In this document: positions 27,263 through 40,702 of the stretch, piece by piece
Position numbering within the stretch: position 1 is the first letter of the stretch
Layout: each line of letters begins with the position of its first letter
Assembly (NCBI GenBank): GCA_965153285.1
Contig: OZ229117.1
Direction: 5' to 3' (one strand)
DNA from: Podarcis tiliguerta
Lineage: Eukaryota
DNA: 64,000 bases
Notes under the pieces: generated by a model
Databases searched by the model: none
What the model saw: the letters and a program-made list of their open reading frames with translations, nothing else
Told to the model about the DNA's origin: nothing
Position numbers and translations under genes: made by a program

Positions 27263-27630
27263 AAAGGTAAAGGTAAAGGTACCCCTGCCCATACGGGCCA
27301 GTCGTGTCCGACTCTAGGGTTGTGCGCCCATCTCACTTAAGAGGCCGGGGGCCAGCGCTGTCCGCAGACACTTCCGGGTCACATGGCCAGCGTGACGAAG
27401 CTGCTCTGGCAAGCAAGCACCAGCACAGCACACGGAAACGCCGTTTACCTTCCCGCTATAAAGCGGTACCTATTTATCTACTTGCACTTAGGGGTGCTTT
27501 CAAACTGCTAGGTAGGCAGGAGCTGGGACCAAAAGACGGGAGCTCACCCCGCCGCGGGAATTCAAACCGCCAACCATACGATCGGCAAATCCTAGGCTCT
27601 GAGGTTTTACCCACAGCGCCACCCGTGCCC
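27263..27630 (-). mobile_element. Sauria SINE (distinct subfamily)
   Basis: (aaaggt)n tail on the plus strand, head ccacagcgccacccgtgccc; TSD cttaaaagta at 27253-27262 and 27631-27640. Confidence 0.92.
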
Positions 27631-28069
27631 CTTAAAAGTAGGAAACATTTAATATTACTTAACATGGAAAAGCGATATACTTTGAAAAATGTATAAGCCC
27701 AGCACACTTGGCCCTACCACAGATTAATCAGCAACATATTGCCTCTGCCTGTGGAGGTTTCCTTTCCAGCTATTATGGCTCATACCGATTGATGAACTTA
27801 CTATCCATAAAACTGCCAATATCATAACGGCATTACACAAATCTACAGTGTGTAGTCACTTGGAATATTACACACTGATCTGGATGCTGTGCCTCGAAAA
27901 TGATATTGGAAAAAGGATATTGGAAAAGAAAATCCAGAATGATAATCGGGCTGGAACAACTGCTCTATTAAGGGAGAAAAATAAATGGTTTTGGCTATGC
28001 CAAGCAGATGAACAAATCCCTGGGAATGGGGAAATGCTCTAAATTAAGTGGATAGGGACTAGTCATTCT

Positions 28070-28437
28070 GCCTTCACCCTGTTCTCATAGTACTAGAACC
28101 ATTCAGGGAAGCCAAATGTTGAAAAATCCAGGACAGACAAAAGGAAGTACATGTTCACCCACAGTTAAACTGTGGAAGGCACTACCAGAAGCTTTTGCAA
28201 TGGCCACCAACTTGGATGGTTTAAAGAGGAGTAAGATGAACTAGCTACTGCCTACTATCTCCAGTAATAGAGCCATCAAGTCTCTGGGTGCCAGTTGCTT
28301 GGAAACATGCATGGAAAGGCTACTGCAAGGATGTGCTGCTTGCAAGCTTCCTACAGGCACTTGATGAGCCACTGTGGGATCAGAATGCTGAATTAAATGG
28401 GTCTGTGGTCTGATTCAACAAGGCTTTTCTTATGTTC
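28070..28437 (+). mobile_element. Old CR1-type LINE 3' end
   Basis: aggacagacaaaaggaagtac...tggccaccaacttggatggtttaaagagga...ggtctgattcaacaaggcttttcttatgttct. Related pieces lie near 640-780, 1290-1490, 5750-5855, 9665-9810, 29300-29415, 30040-30175 and 49808-49950. Confidence 0.65.
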
Positions 28438-31400
28438 TCCCCGAATTTGTCTAAATGACTGTTTTAAAACCATCCAAGTTAGTCATTGTTATCTTTTCTG
28501 ATGTGGGCTTCTGTTAAATGGATAGAAAATGCTAAAAATGCCACTGTTAAAAATTAGCCACTATTAAAAATTAGCACCTGGCAGGCCAAGCCTCAAGAAC
28601 TGAGGCACACCTCCATGGTATGCCCCCCCACCCCATTTAAGAATTTGCTTGCGGAGTTCAAGCATGCAAAAGGTATTATTTTGTTTTGTTTATTTATTTA
28701 TTTTTAAAAATGTCTCTGGCTATTTCGGCTCTATTTCGGCTTCTCCTAAGCAACAAAAACATCAATCTGACAAATTTTGACAAGCGGTTCCATGTAGCGA
28801 GCCTGACAGAACGGTTAATTATGTTTCTTGCCAGGAGAATATGCGGCATACAATCAATAATGTCAAAAGGGGGGGGGATATTACTACCTACGGGCCATTG
28901 CCACAAAATGGCTCACTTTCCCTCAATCTCTCTCTTCATTTTTCAATGAAATGGTTTCATTTATGATTTGGTATTTTTCATTAAATCCTTCCAATCAACA
29001 ATTTAAAGCAGTTTGGGATAAATGACAGCCATGCTGTGCCATTTCTGTGGGTATTTTTTTTAGCCCCACTCAAGACTATTCAAACCTTCTCAGGGTTTTG
29101 TTTTGTTTTACTCCTTTCTTCCCCTTCTTTGCCTTTCCCTCCATAATAGCTTTGTAACAGTTCCATTTAGAATTATTTTTCCCCTCCCGAAAACACCTTT
29201 GTTTACCAATTTGTCCAAATTACCATGCATTCTTGTGTTCTAATGCTTGGATTAGGGGCTGAATGACTATTGTCAAGGAAGGAAGGAAGGAAGTCCTGGT
29301 AGAATAATGAATGCCGGATCAGGCCAATGACCTATCTAGTATGAGATCCTTTTCTCATAGTGGCCAATAGGATGCCTGTGGGAAACCAGGACTTGAGGAC
29401 AAGAGCACTCTCCTAGATTAACAGATGGGGTGAAAATGTCATCAAACTACACCTGCTAATGTCAAAAGAGAATCCAAAGAGATAGCAGCAATCTAAGCAA
29501 GAAAGGACATAGATTAACAAGGGTCACATATTTTTGTACGCAACTGTCCTGCCCCTTAGAACTGGAACAGTGGCAGGGTCTGCTGCAGGATTTGAAAGCC
29601 TGGACAAGGGACTATCAGTGCTCTTCATTGTCCAGTGAGGAAGCAAGATGCACGGAATATCCCCAATGCTCTTGAGTTTTCCCCCTCTCTCTTTCTCATG
29701 GCTTAGCACCTTACTGAGGGTCAGGCCTGCCAACTTGGCACTGGGGCCATGAGTGCCTGGGGCTGTACATGCCACGGGTGAGTGGGTGTCTGGCACGTGC
29801 AGCCCCAGCACAAAAAAATGTGGGTGCCTGGCCCCTTCATGTGGAATGTTGAGAGATCTGGAGCACCCAGGGCCCTAGACACTTGGCACCTATGCTGAGG
29901 GTGGAACAGAACGTCTTATTTTGCCCTGGCAGTGTGGGGAATAGGAGGTCTGCTTCTACTTTTCCTGAACCAATGAAAATTGTGACAACTTAGCTCAGCA
30001 GACTCCTTACCAGCCTCTACCTCCACTATCAAAGACAAAATGCTTCTGAATACCAGTTGCCGGAAATCGCAGAAGGGGAAAGAGCTGTCATGTTCAGGTC
30101 CTGCTTCCCATAGTGTTGGCCACATGAAGAGGATGCCGGACTAGATGGGCCGCTGGCCTAATGCAGCAGACTCTTCTACCTCCCCAATAATGTGATTGTG
30201 TGTAGAAACCAGCTTACTGTACAAACATAAGATTTACATGTGGTGCCCTATCCACCTTTGCCTCCGGCTCCACTCACCAATGGCATGTGACCCTCAGAAG
30301 GTCATCAAGAAGCAAATGTGGCCCTCAAGCTGAAAAAGGTCTCCCAGCCCTGAATTAGAGGGAAATGGCACAACACCCAACACATAACCAGTCTAATTAG
30401 TGTAAGTGAAACACTCTGCCAACATCAGAACCCAGGAGTTGTCCACTATGCCAGGAAAAACACCACTCCAATCATTCCTAGCTGACACTTCTCAATGGTG
30501 GTTCAAGAATATGAGGGAGCTACTTGGAAATAGAAAATACCAACATGTAGTCATGGGCAATGATGTATAGATGTTCTCTCCCATCCAGTTCCTTTCTTTC
30601 AGCTTTTGAATCCGAATTCAGCCCTGAAAAACACTCCTGCCTCTCATCTGCACTACCACTAAGTGGCTCTTACATAACTTCTGGTGTCACCTGCACACTA
30701 CAGAAGTTGAGGACTTCTGTTTAGACAGGTGTGAATAGCCAGAGATCCTAGCAAGGTGACTAAAAAGTCATAATAAAGCGCTAAAGCAGAAGCAGTACTC
30801 TTAAAAATAGTATCAACCATGCACCATTCTTCCCATATGGAGGGTATTTGTGATTCATGGGCACCAGGGCGATTAAGAACCAAAATTGAGAAATGTATGT
30901 TTACTCAGTTTCTAAGCTTGATAGAAAAACATGCACACAGACCATTAACCATAGACTCAGGATTAAGACAACAGCATCCTATCTCGCTGTGATGAACAGC
31001 AGCTGATGGCTGAAATAAATATGGATAGACAGTGCAAATCAACACAGCAAACAAGGATTTTGCCAGCTATTACGGGCTTCCTCCATAAATATGTGACTGG
31101 TGTAGGCGTAACTCTGCTGTCAGATGCTTCACTTCTGTCAGCGCTGCATATGATCCACAGTAAATAAACTTCTATGCCTGAAATAGATTGGAGCAATGGG
31201 AGAAGACCATGGCTTGGCCTGCTAATGAAGGGTGAATGTAGCTCTGGCCCACACCATACAGTTCCCCCTCTTTCTTCTGTCCAGTCATTCTTGCCCCACT
31301 CTTCATCCAAAAAGTACCCCAGAGCCTTTTACAAAAATCAATAGCAAGCATGCACTGATTTGGAGTTCTTAAAAGGTTCATTAAATTTTGTAAGAAAAGT

Positions 31401-32243
31401 CTAGAGTTGGGAGATGCTACTTCTAAGGATAGTCCCCAAGAGAGCCTAAAGTTAAGAGAGAGAAAATATAGAAATCCTCCCACCTGCACTCAGGATTTGA
31501 TGTTGTCATTATATATACTGCTTAGATTTGTCTATGCTGTATATGTTGTTTTGGAATATTATCTGTTTCTTATAATAAAAGCTTTTAAAAAAAATCAGTA
31601 CCAGCCTTAGGGTTATCATCTTAACAACATAAAAGGAAAAATGGGGACGGGACGGGAAGAGTGAAAAAAATCAAGCTCAGACACCAGTTACTGTTCCACT
31701 TCTCATAACTACCAGCTGGGATGGAAACAGTTCAGGTAGCCTGATGGGAGACTGCCACTAGGTAATGACTGAGAGAGAGCTGAAGACAGCTGTTCTCTCA
31801 GCAGAGGAGATGGAATAATTATTATTGTTATTAATAATATCAATCATCATCTCATTTTTATTTAACATGCACCATTTGTGTAGATGCCTTTTGCAGAGTA
31901 ATGCAAGCAAATGACAGCTGCCTGCCCCCCCCCATAAAAACCTTACAATCTAAATTTAGTCAGAGTGTGGGAAGACAACAGAGGCAAAATTAAGCAAAGT
32001 AAAAATGATTTAGGGGGAAAAAATACATGAAGAGACATTTTGTGTCATCTGTGCCTACCGATATTGTCAGGTCAACATCTGAGGCCTTGCTCTGGAGTTT
32101 GCTATGCTCAGAGATGGGACAGGTGAGCACGCAGGGCAATGCCCTTTGGGCCAAGGTATTTTGTCCGGCAAGCCCTCCCAAGGAAAAACCCACTTGGTCC
32201 CATTACTGATTAAAACGTCATAGCTGTTTTAAAGAAGTAATTA

Positions 32244-33353
32244 GGGTATTCAGGCTTCATCATAGGACTGAAGCTGCCTTGGTCACACTGGTCAATGATC
32301 TCCGGTGAGCTAGAGACAAAGCTGAAAGCTGTTTCCTAGTTCTGCTGGATCTCTCAGTGGCCTTTGACACCACCGACCATAACATCCTTCTGGACCTGGG
32401 GGCACTGTTATACAGTGGTTCTGCTCCATCTTCCTGGGCTGTGTTCAGAAAGTGGTGTTGGGGGACAAGTGTTCGGACTCCTGGACTCTCACTTGTGGGG
32501 TGCCTCAGAGTTCCGTCCTCTCCACCATGCTTTTTAACATCTATATGAAGCCGCTGGGAGAGATCATCAGGGGGTTTCGGCTGGGTGTTCATCAGTATGC
32601 AGATGATATCCAGCTCTACCTCTCTTTCAATTCAGAACCAGTGAAGACGGTGCAGGTCCTGTGTAAGGTGCGCAGCCTGGGAGTCGTTTTGGACTCACAG
32701 CTGTCCATTGAGGCACAGGTCAATTATGTGTCCAGGGCAGCGGTCTACCAGCTCCATCCCTACCTGCCTGTGGACTGTCTCGCCAGAGTGGTGCATGCTC
32801 TAGTTATCTCCCGCTTGGACTACTGCAACACGGTCTTCGTGGGGCTACCTTAGAAGGTGACCCGGAAACTACAATTAATCCAGAATGCAGCAGCTAGACT
32901 GATGGCTGGGAGCGGCCAAGACCACTTAACACTGGTTTTGAAAGACCTACATTGGCTCCCAGTACGTTTCCAAGCACAATTCAAAGTGTTGGTACTGACC
33001 TTTAAAGCCCTAAATGCCATCAGCCCAGTATACCTGGGCGTCTCCATCCCCATCGTTCTACCCTGACACTGAGGTCCAGCGCTGAGGGCCTTCTGGCTGT
33101 GCTGTGAGAAGCAAAGTTACAGGGAACCAGGCAGAGGCTGTTCTCGGTAGTGGCTACCACCCTGTCAAAGGAATAAACAACTATCTGACGTTTAGATGAC
33201 ATCTGAAGGCAGCCCTGTTTAGGGAAGTTTTTAAATGATTGATGTTTTAATGTATTTTAATCTGTTAAAAGCTTCCCAGAGTGATTGGGGAAACCCAGCC
33301 AGATGGGCAGGTATAAGCAATAAATTATTATTATTATTATTATTATTATTATT
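32244..33353 (+). mobile_element. L2-clade LINE, 5'-truncated: reverse transcriptase C-terminal half, 3' UTR and (TTA)n tail
   Basis: Motifs LLDLSVAFDTTDHNILL, GVPQSSVLSTMLFNIY, YADDIQLY, SRLDYCN, KLQLIQNAAARL, LHWLPV; disabled by stops, frameshifts and deletions. Confidence 0.92.
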
Positions 33354-33622
33354 GCTGTTAGGTATTTAAAAATGCGTTTGGCATCTTTCTTATGCTTCAT
33401 ATTGCTGTTTCTGCTTGTGTGTTTTAAATAATTATTTTAATTGTTATATCATTCTTGGAATGGTTGTCTAGTGGCTCCTTTGGGATTGGAAGACAGAAGA
33501 AAAGGAGTTAAGGATGGACACACAGTTGTGTTTCCTTGGGATTTGTTTTGGTTATGAATAGAAACAGAGGTTTAGCCAAAGACTTCATAGAAAAGGTGGG
33601 CTTTGAAGAGGCTATGAGAAAG

Positions 33623-33782
33623 TCACAGAATCATAGAACTGTAGAGTTGGAAGGGACCCTGAGGATCATCTAGTCCAACCCCCCCCCTGCAGGGCAGGAA
33701 TATGCAGCTGGTCCATACAGGGATCGAACCTGCAACCTTGGTGTTATCAGCACCATGGTCTAAACAACTGAGCTATCCAGGC
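33623..33782 (-). mobile_element. tRNA-derived SINE with CR1-type tail (Squam3-like)
   Basis: Reverse complement reads cctggatagctcagttg...ggttcgatccc (A and B boxes), then ttggactagatgatcctcagggtcccttccaactctacagttctatgattct. Confidence 0.8.
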
Positions 33783-33894
33783 ATTTCAAGAGAGATCACT
33801 GATACCATGCAGATGTTCCAAGGAATAGGATATGTATCAGGAAACTTTAAGAAAAGAAGCCAGAAAGGATGGCCTGTTTTGTACCCAGAGCTAA

Positions 33895-34023
33895 AGCAAA
33901 GTTGGGAAACCTGTGACCTTCCAGGTATTGTTTGGCTCCAAGCTTCATCAACCCCAGCTAATACTAGGGATGATTGGAGCTGTAGTCCAGCAACATCTCA
34001 AGGGCAACAGATTCACCATCCCT
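33895..34023. mobile_element. Palindromic hAT-like MITE (degenerate)
   Basis: gggaaacctgtgaccttccag ... ggagctgtagtccagcaacatct...attcaccatccct. Confidence 0.55.
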
Positions 34024-35491
34024 ACACTTAATGATGGTTTAGGATTACAAGAACAAAAAGCAGTGACCCTCAGGTTCAGCTGCTCATTTGTCCCCTTTCC
34101 TTCTCTGACATGGTCATTAGGAGATCACAAGCTTTTGCTTCCATGATTTTTTATTCCAATTTGTTAATGAATCATAGCTTCAACTAACTAGAGTTCCTCC
34201 GTGTCAGTTGAAACAATAAACTATTGTTAGTTTAAAAGCAGATGCAACAATCTCCTTCTCAAGGCTGGACCAGGAGGAGGAGAAAGGAAAGGAAGTCTAG
34301 AAAAGAATACAGTTGCCCCTGAATGTGCCTAACTCAGCGCTTCTCTCATACTTAGTCTAAGGCAAACTGAAGTAGACACTGTGAAGTAGGGGATGGGAGG
34401 CGACTGGACATGGAGCTGCCATTTTCAATGACAGCTTGGACTCTTTGCCATGTGCCATTCCATCCTCAGCATAGTGGGTCACTGTCAGGAATCAGCTGAC
34501 TTCAGAACTGCCTTCCTGAGTCCAACTCTGGCTCTCCCTTCTCTCTCCTAGGATATCAGGAGCAGAGATGACACCAAACAAGGGAAAGACTCAGAGGAAA
34601 CACCAAATAGCCCACTTGACTGCATGTGAATGCCCCTTGCATTGTATTAATTGGCAGGAGGGGGAAGTCAGTACCAGTGCACAGCTGGACCAGAACCTAG
34701 CTGTAAATCATGAAGGGATGGAGTGACCAAATACTTAGGCTTAATGGTGCAGGTGCCATAGGAAAGGCATGTTGTGACTCAAAGACAAACCTTTAGCATC
34801 ATGGCACCAGTTCTGGATTTCTCTTCCCTAAGAAGAGCAGCAAGACCCAACTTTCTTGTGGTTTTGGTGTTTATAGAAAATCATTTTTCTGCCAAGCCTT
34901 CCCAGATAAGCCTATTTATTTTTACAGTGTTAAAAATAAATAAATTGTTAGTTCTCATGCTGTTTCTATAATCTGTATTTTGCTTTACATTTCCCCCCTG
35001 TCCTTCACATTTTATGCTGGTTTATTGTTTAGTTGTATCTTGTATTGTTTATTTTTTATTATCAGATGGAGTTGGCTTTTATTTGAGATTGCAAGCTCCT
35101 TTGTGGAGGCAGTTCCCCAAAAAGCATGGTATAAATGTTTAAATAAAAATGAAACCAAATGGTTCCCATAGGTTTTCTGTGAAAACTCCAAACCCATTAC
35201 CAGCTCCACCTGAGGCCTCAAGGTACAGACACCTTCTTCCTACCTTCTGGGGATCGGGGAAGCAAGCATTCATCAGTTGAGGCTGCTAACACATTTCTTC
35301 AAAGCTCTGAAAACCCAACGATTGTTTTCTATACTGAACGAAGAAAAGGTAGTTTGAAGCTTGGCTCTCTGAGCACGATTTTCCAATTCTTAAGCTGCTT
35401 CTCAAAGCTGCATTGTTCTTCCCTCCCCTTAGAGAGCCCAGCAGCAGCAATGAATTAAAGTCAATGGGTGCAAAAGATTTGTCAGTTCTCC

Positions 35492-35525
35492 ATTTGATAT
35501 CTCTAGCAATTTGATATCTCTAGCA
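35492..35525. repeat. Perfect 17-bp tandem duplication
   Basis: atttgatatctctagca x2. Confidence 0.95.
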
Positions 35526-36134
35526 ATAGCACTCCACAATTTCATTGTATCTCCAATGATCTACTAAGATTGCATTGCTTCTCGTAGGCGGCCATTAATT
35601 TTGATAAAAGGGAAATATAGCAGCTAAAGAGGTGCCTCCCTTGGGAAACTCTGAAGGTCACGACTACTGTGTGTGTACGTCCCTGCATACACTCCCATTC
35701 TCCTCACATAATATATGAAACAAAAATATGCATGCATCTAGGCTGGTATAATCATTTATTGAGAAATAACTGAACTTCTCTATTACACAGTCTTTGTCTC
35801 TGATATATTATAGAACTCCAGTTATATGCAATGATAGTACAATATTAACCATCTGTATTGCTTAAAAGCCAAAGGAGTGGTGTCAGTAGTGGGAGGGAAA
35901 TCAAATCATCTCTTACACGGACAGTTGGTTTTGCCCTTGTAACCTCACCCCTTTTACTTTAGTGATGCCCATTCAGAAACCCCATTGCATCTGTGCTCAT
36001 GTTTCTCCATTTAAGAAGCAATTACATCATTGGGGAATAGCACATATTATTTACCAGCTAGAGACCCTTTATGTTTGGCAGGCAAAGAAAGGGAGAGGGA
36101 GAAATTGAGATCCGGTCACCATCATCCTGCAACG

Positions 36135-36337
36135 GAACATAGGGAGCTGCTTTATTCCAACTCAATCCAATGGGTTCGTCTTGCTTAGTCTGATCCACAC
36201 TGACTGACAACAGCTGTCCAAGGTTTCAAGACAGGAGTCTCTCCCATCCCAAGCCCTACCAGCAGATGGCAAGGACTGGGACCTGGGGCTTTCTGCACAG
36301 AAAGCATGTACTCTACCAGTGAGCTGCAATTCTTCCC
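36135..36337 (-). mobile_element. Squam2-like tRNA-derived SINE
   Basis: Reverse complement reads gcagctcactggtagagtacatgctttctgtgcagaaagccccaggtccc ... gcagctccctatgttc. Confidence 0.75.
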
Positions 36338-37094
36338 CCAAAAGCAGGCCTACACATGCCTCCCACAACATTTAAGACTGTCAATAAATGCTAGATACCT
36401 GCAGTATGATATACAGGGCCTTAGCCTGCACCTCCAAATGGGTACCTGTTGGTCACACCATCCACTCTCAGGGGCGGTAGGCATGCTGTGCCCCAATGTC
36501 TCCATTCTGCCATTCACTTCTATAGGAGAAGCTAAGGTGATGTAAGTTTCCAGGGAGCTCACATCAGAGACTCTGGCAGCAAGAGCCAGGTTCCTTATCC
36601 CCTCTACCATCAGGCCAATTGTCAGGTGAAAGAAGCTATTGGCATGATCTTTGGGACACTGTTGTGCCACCTAGATTATGATCGGAGGGGGGTACTGCTA
36701 CTCATTGGCCCAGCCAGACCAGGTGATCTGGGGAGCAAATAGGAGTCCAGCTGGCCTTATATAAACATTGCCTTGGGTTTGATTCCTCAGTTTACGCAAC
36801 TCGTCAGAAGTTGTAGCTGCTCTAGACTCCTGTGCCTTGTCATACCATCTGACCAGCTGTCTGAGCTTGACTATGAACCAGCCACTGGTTCCTCAGAAAT
36901 GTGGTTGGTGCTCTGGATCTTAACTTTCACCTGACCTGGACTACCTACTTGCTCCCGACCCCACCCCCTTCACCAGTTTCAGGACTAGCTCTGCAGCAGC
37001 CCTACAAATTGTGCAGTTCTGAATACTATTGGGGAGGGGTCTACATCTACTCCCACTCCCTAGTATCTCCATCTTTTCAGAATAAAAAATGATC

Positions 37095-37400
37095 CTATTT
37101 GAGTTTGTATGGAAGGAGGTGGTCTCTCAGATATCTGGGGCCTAAGTCATTTAGGGCTTTGAACACTAATGTCAGCGCCTTGAACTGGGCCCAAAAATGA
37201 GCTGGCAGCCAATGTGGCTGTTTTAGAACAAGGGGCTATATGAGTTCTAAAAGCAACCTCTGCCAATAATTTTGCTGCCGCATTTTGGACCTGTTGAAGT
37301 TTCTGGGTCGTCTTCAAGGGCAGCCCCAAGTAGAATACATAGCAATAATCCAATCTGAAAATTACCAGCATTTTGGGCACCATGGCCAAGTCAAGTTGCA
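37095..37400 (-). mobile_element. L2-clade LINE ORF2 C-terminal fragment
   Basis: RLDYCYVFYLGLPLKTTQKLQQVQNAAAKLL in the 37147..37443 ORF. Confidence 0.85.
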
Positions 37401-38489
37401 GAATTGTGCCCTGCTTAGTGCAGAATTCCAGTTTTTCTAGCATGCACAGCCTGTATTACAGTCTATGCTTCCATTTCCATTACCCATCTACATAATTCCT
37501 CTCAAGCCCTTTTTAACAGTAATTTTGCATCTCCTGTTCTATTTTTCTCCTCCAACAAGCCGTTTCTCTCATTAACCACACTAATTGAAGGTCAAAATGA
37601 TCATCAGGTATGTGTGTTTATATAACACAATTCATTTTTATGGCTGTAAGAGGAACAGAGACATTTATAAAATGATCTAAATCCCCATTCATTCACGGCA
37701 ACAGAGTAGCTGTTCTGCTTTCTCTCTCTCTTTTTTAAGTGTGGAAGCAGCAATTTGCAAAATCTGCTAGCGGCAAGCATTTGGGGTCAGCATTAGGGAG
37801 ACCCTTTCTTTCAAATGGGAGAAGAGAGAAGCTAAAAATACATCCTCTTCATACCACTTTGAGGGTCTTTGGTTTTTTTGCAAACCTTCAAGCACAGTGA
37901 CACCTTAGAGTTCGGGAGCCGGGTGCTTCCATTGACTGATGAGGAAAAATATGGTACTGGAAGGTTAAATGGCTAACAAAGGTTAGAGGCAGGGGCAGAT
38001 GAAGATAAATTACAAATCTGAATGTTTGGAGGAGGGGAGATTTTGTTCCCAGACAACTGACAAAAATAATTAGGGTTGCCAGCCAGCACTTGACTGGCAC
38101 AACCAGTAAAGCTGTGTTCTGCCAGGTAATCAGTGCTGAGGTACAGAAATCTAATAAACAAAAACTTGTGATTCTGCTACCTTTCACCATCCTTAAGCTG
38201 TCATGTTACACCTTGGGCATAGTTGTGATTGGAGCTGAGCCAAAAATGTCATGAAAGACATGTTTTTGGTTGGGGCTGGAATTCTGAGAATTTCCTTAGC
38301 CCCTTTCCTCCCAGAAAAAAAGACCGCTTTGCAGAATTTTCTATAAATATTCTCCATGGTTTTTTGGTGGCAGTCACTGCCACATACATACACACTGGCC
38401 CAGATGGATGCTAGGTCCCAGGCATTGCAAAGGATGTGACCTGGTGGCCACAAGGGCAACACCAGTGCTGATGCTGCTACTTGTAACTG

Positions 38490-38706
38490 CAGTTTCCCTG
38501 GTGGCCCACTGGAATGCGGAGTTAACCAGGGCTATTGAAGCGCCCTCTCCAATTGCATTGAGCCCGGACAGCCCCATGGTTTTCTCTAGGGCTGAGGGCG
38601 ATGAAACAATTGCTGAGATGGCTAGAGTGTTAGTGGTGGAAAACTCATTCTGAATCGAACCAGACACAGGTTAGAGCTCAGTGTCGAGCCTACCAAGTGG
38701 CTATAG
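38490..38706 (+). mobile_element. L2-clade LINE ORF2 internal fragment (endonuclease-RT linker)
   Basis: LVAHWNAELTRAI, then PWFSLGLRAMKQLLRWLEC*WWKTHSESNQTQVRAQCRAYQVAI in a shifted frame; resembles the PW...L..LER.WRKT linker motif. Confidence 0.7.
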
Positions 38707-40319
38707 TTGGATCAGAATACATCAAACAAATTTAGAGTTACTTTTAGATATATTTCAGGTGGCTGGAACTAATTGAGAGAGATCTCTCATTAGCTTTCAA
38801 GTTGTTTCCAGGTATAGTTCAGAGTCCTATGCAGCCTTACTGTTACCTGTTATTGTGTGGTGCATGGCTACAGAGACAGAGCATTATCTGTGGTAGTGCC
38901 ACAGCTGTAGAATGCTCACTCTAGGAACACTCAGCTGGTATCTAGCTACATTTGCCATCTTTTCAGAGCTAGGTGACAACCTTCCCCCCATACATTTAAT
39001 ATATAACTTTTGAGAGCTTTTAATTTTCATATTTTTATGTTGGGTTTATGTTTGTTTCCTGGTTCTCCCACAATGACTTTAATTGCAGTTCTGTTGTGTT
39101 AAATTGTTCTTGAAAAGGGTCAGCTACCTTGGAAGCTTTTGTTAAAGTGGGGGGTGTTAAACACATTTTTTTACAAATAAGAAAAATAAAGCCTGATTTC
39201 ATGCACTCTCAAATTTCTCACCATTGCAGAAATGTGCCGAATCATTTTTCCCAGACCAACATTGACTGTCCTTCCTGTCTCTTGCCTTGTGCAGTAGCAG
39301 GAGTCAAAGTCACATATAAATATTCAGAACCTCCCTAAGGTGATATGACAGGACCTCTGATTACCTGACCTTTCTCAGGTGAATATGTGCACGAGACAAA
39401 CAGTGCATAGTTTATTATTTTCCAACAGCAGCACACAGATGTTAAGTGCATTTAACTCCCGGCAAGCCAATGCAACATGACAAACAATAAACTCCCCACA
39501 TCCCTCCAGCACAGCAAGATTGGTATTTCAGAAAAGCTAATGCAGACACATATAATTTCCCTGAATACAGCTATTTTGTATATTCTGCAGAGGCTGCAAG
39601 CCAAGTTAAATAATGAAGCGATCCATAGCACAGAAAGATTTCATTTTAACTGGAGAGGTAAAGGTTCAGTCTCCAGCTTAGCAAGGAACTCATTGGATGC
39701 CAGATGAACTGTGTTGAACCCAGGCCCCCTTGCTCATCATGAATCTACATGCACATGGGCTACTGAAGGCTGACCATGATGTCATTCCAAATCTAAAGTG
39801 GGGAAATTTCACAGGATTACAACCCAGAACTCTCTGATTCAGACCCAGATTCCCATCTTCTGCTGAAGAGGTCTCATAGCCCCTGAAGAACCCAAACACA
39901 CTATTAGAGGAGCAGCATTCTGTGGAGGGCAAACTTGGCAGCAGCAACTGACCATTCAAGAAGCACGACTGTTTTTTCAAAGTTCCCAAAGATGAAGGCA
40001 GAGAGCACACAATCCAAGGGATTCCCTGGTGACAAAGCACACAGCATGGACCCAGAATTCTAAGAGTGCAGTAATCACGCCCTGCTTGTGGATAAAAGGA
40101 CTCAGCTGGGCTTTGTTGAGTCTACTCCTACTGTTCCTGGGAGCTTTCCCAGATCCTGCAGTACCTAAAAGCCAAAACAGACAGGGTGTGCAAGATCCAT
40201 CATGGATCTTGCAGCCTTTAAAACCTTTTTAAAAATGGAAGTGCAAATGATACCAACAACTGGCATTCAAAAGCATTTTCGCCTCTAATCATGGAGGCAG
40301 AGCATAGACATCATGGTTA

Positions 40320-40687
40320 AAGGTAAAGGTAAAGATACCCCTGACCATTAGGTCAAGTCACGGACGATTCTGGGGTTGCAGCGCTCATCTTGCTTTACTG
40401 GCCGAGGGAGCCGACGTTTGTCCGCAGACAGCTTCCGGGTCATGTGGCCAGCATGACTAAGCTGCTTCTGGTGAACCAGAGCAGCGCACAGAAATGCCAT
40501 TTACCTTCCTGCCAGAGTGGTACCTATTTATCTACTTGCACTTTGACATGCTTTCAAACTGCTAGGTGGGCAGGAGCAGGGACCGAACAACGGGAGCTCA
40601 CCCTATCATGGGGATTCAAACTGCCGACCTTCTGATCAGCAAGCCCTAGGCTCTGTGGTTTAGACCACAGCGCCCCCTGTGTCCCTT
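40320..40687 (-). mobile_element. Sauria SINE nested in an older CR1-type repeat
   Basis: TSD tag(a/c)catcatggtta at 40305-40319 and 40688-40702; the flanks continue as CR1-like sequence (ctaatcctcttttaaagccatccaagttg). Confidence 0.9.
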
Positions 40688-40702
40688 TAGCCATCATGGT
40701 TA

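Noticed and set aside
33746-33766. REST/RE1 site (tcagcaccatgg)
   Set aside because: Only the left half-site matches, and it lies inside a SINE head.
33700-33782. tRNA-Ile-like gene on the minus strand
   Set aside because: It runs directly into a CR1-type tail and has imperfect stems, so it is a SINE head.
38374-38667. Novel membrane-protein-like ORFs on both strands
   Set aside because: Largely explained by a frameshifted L2 ORF2 linker fragment.
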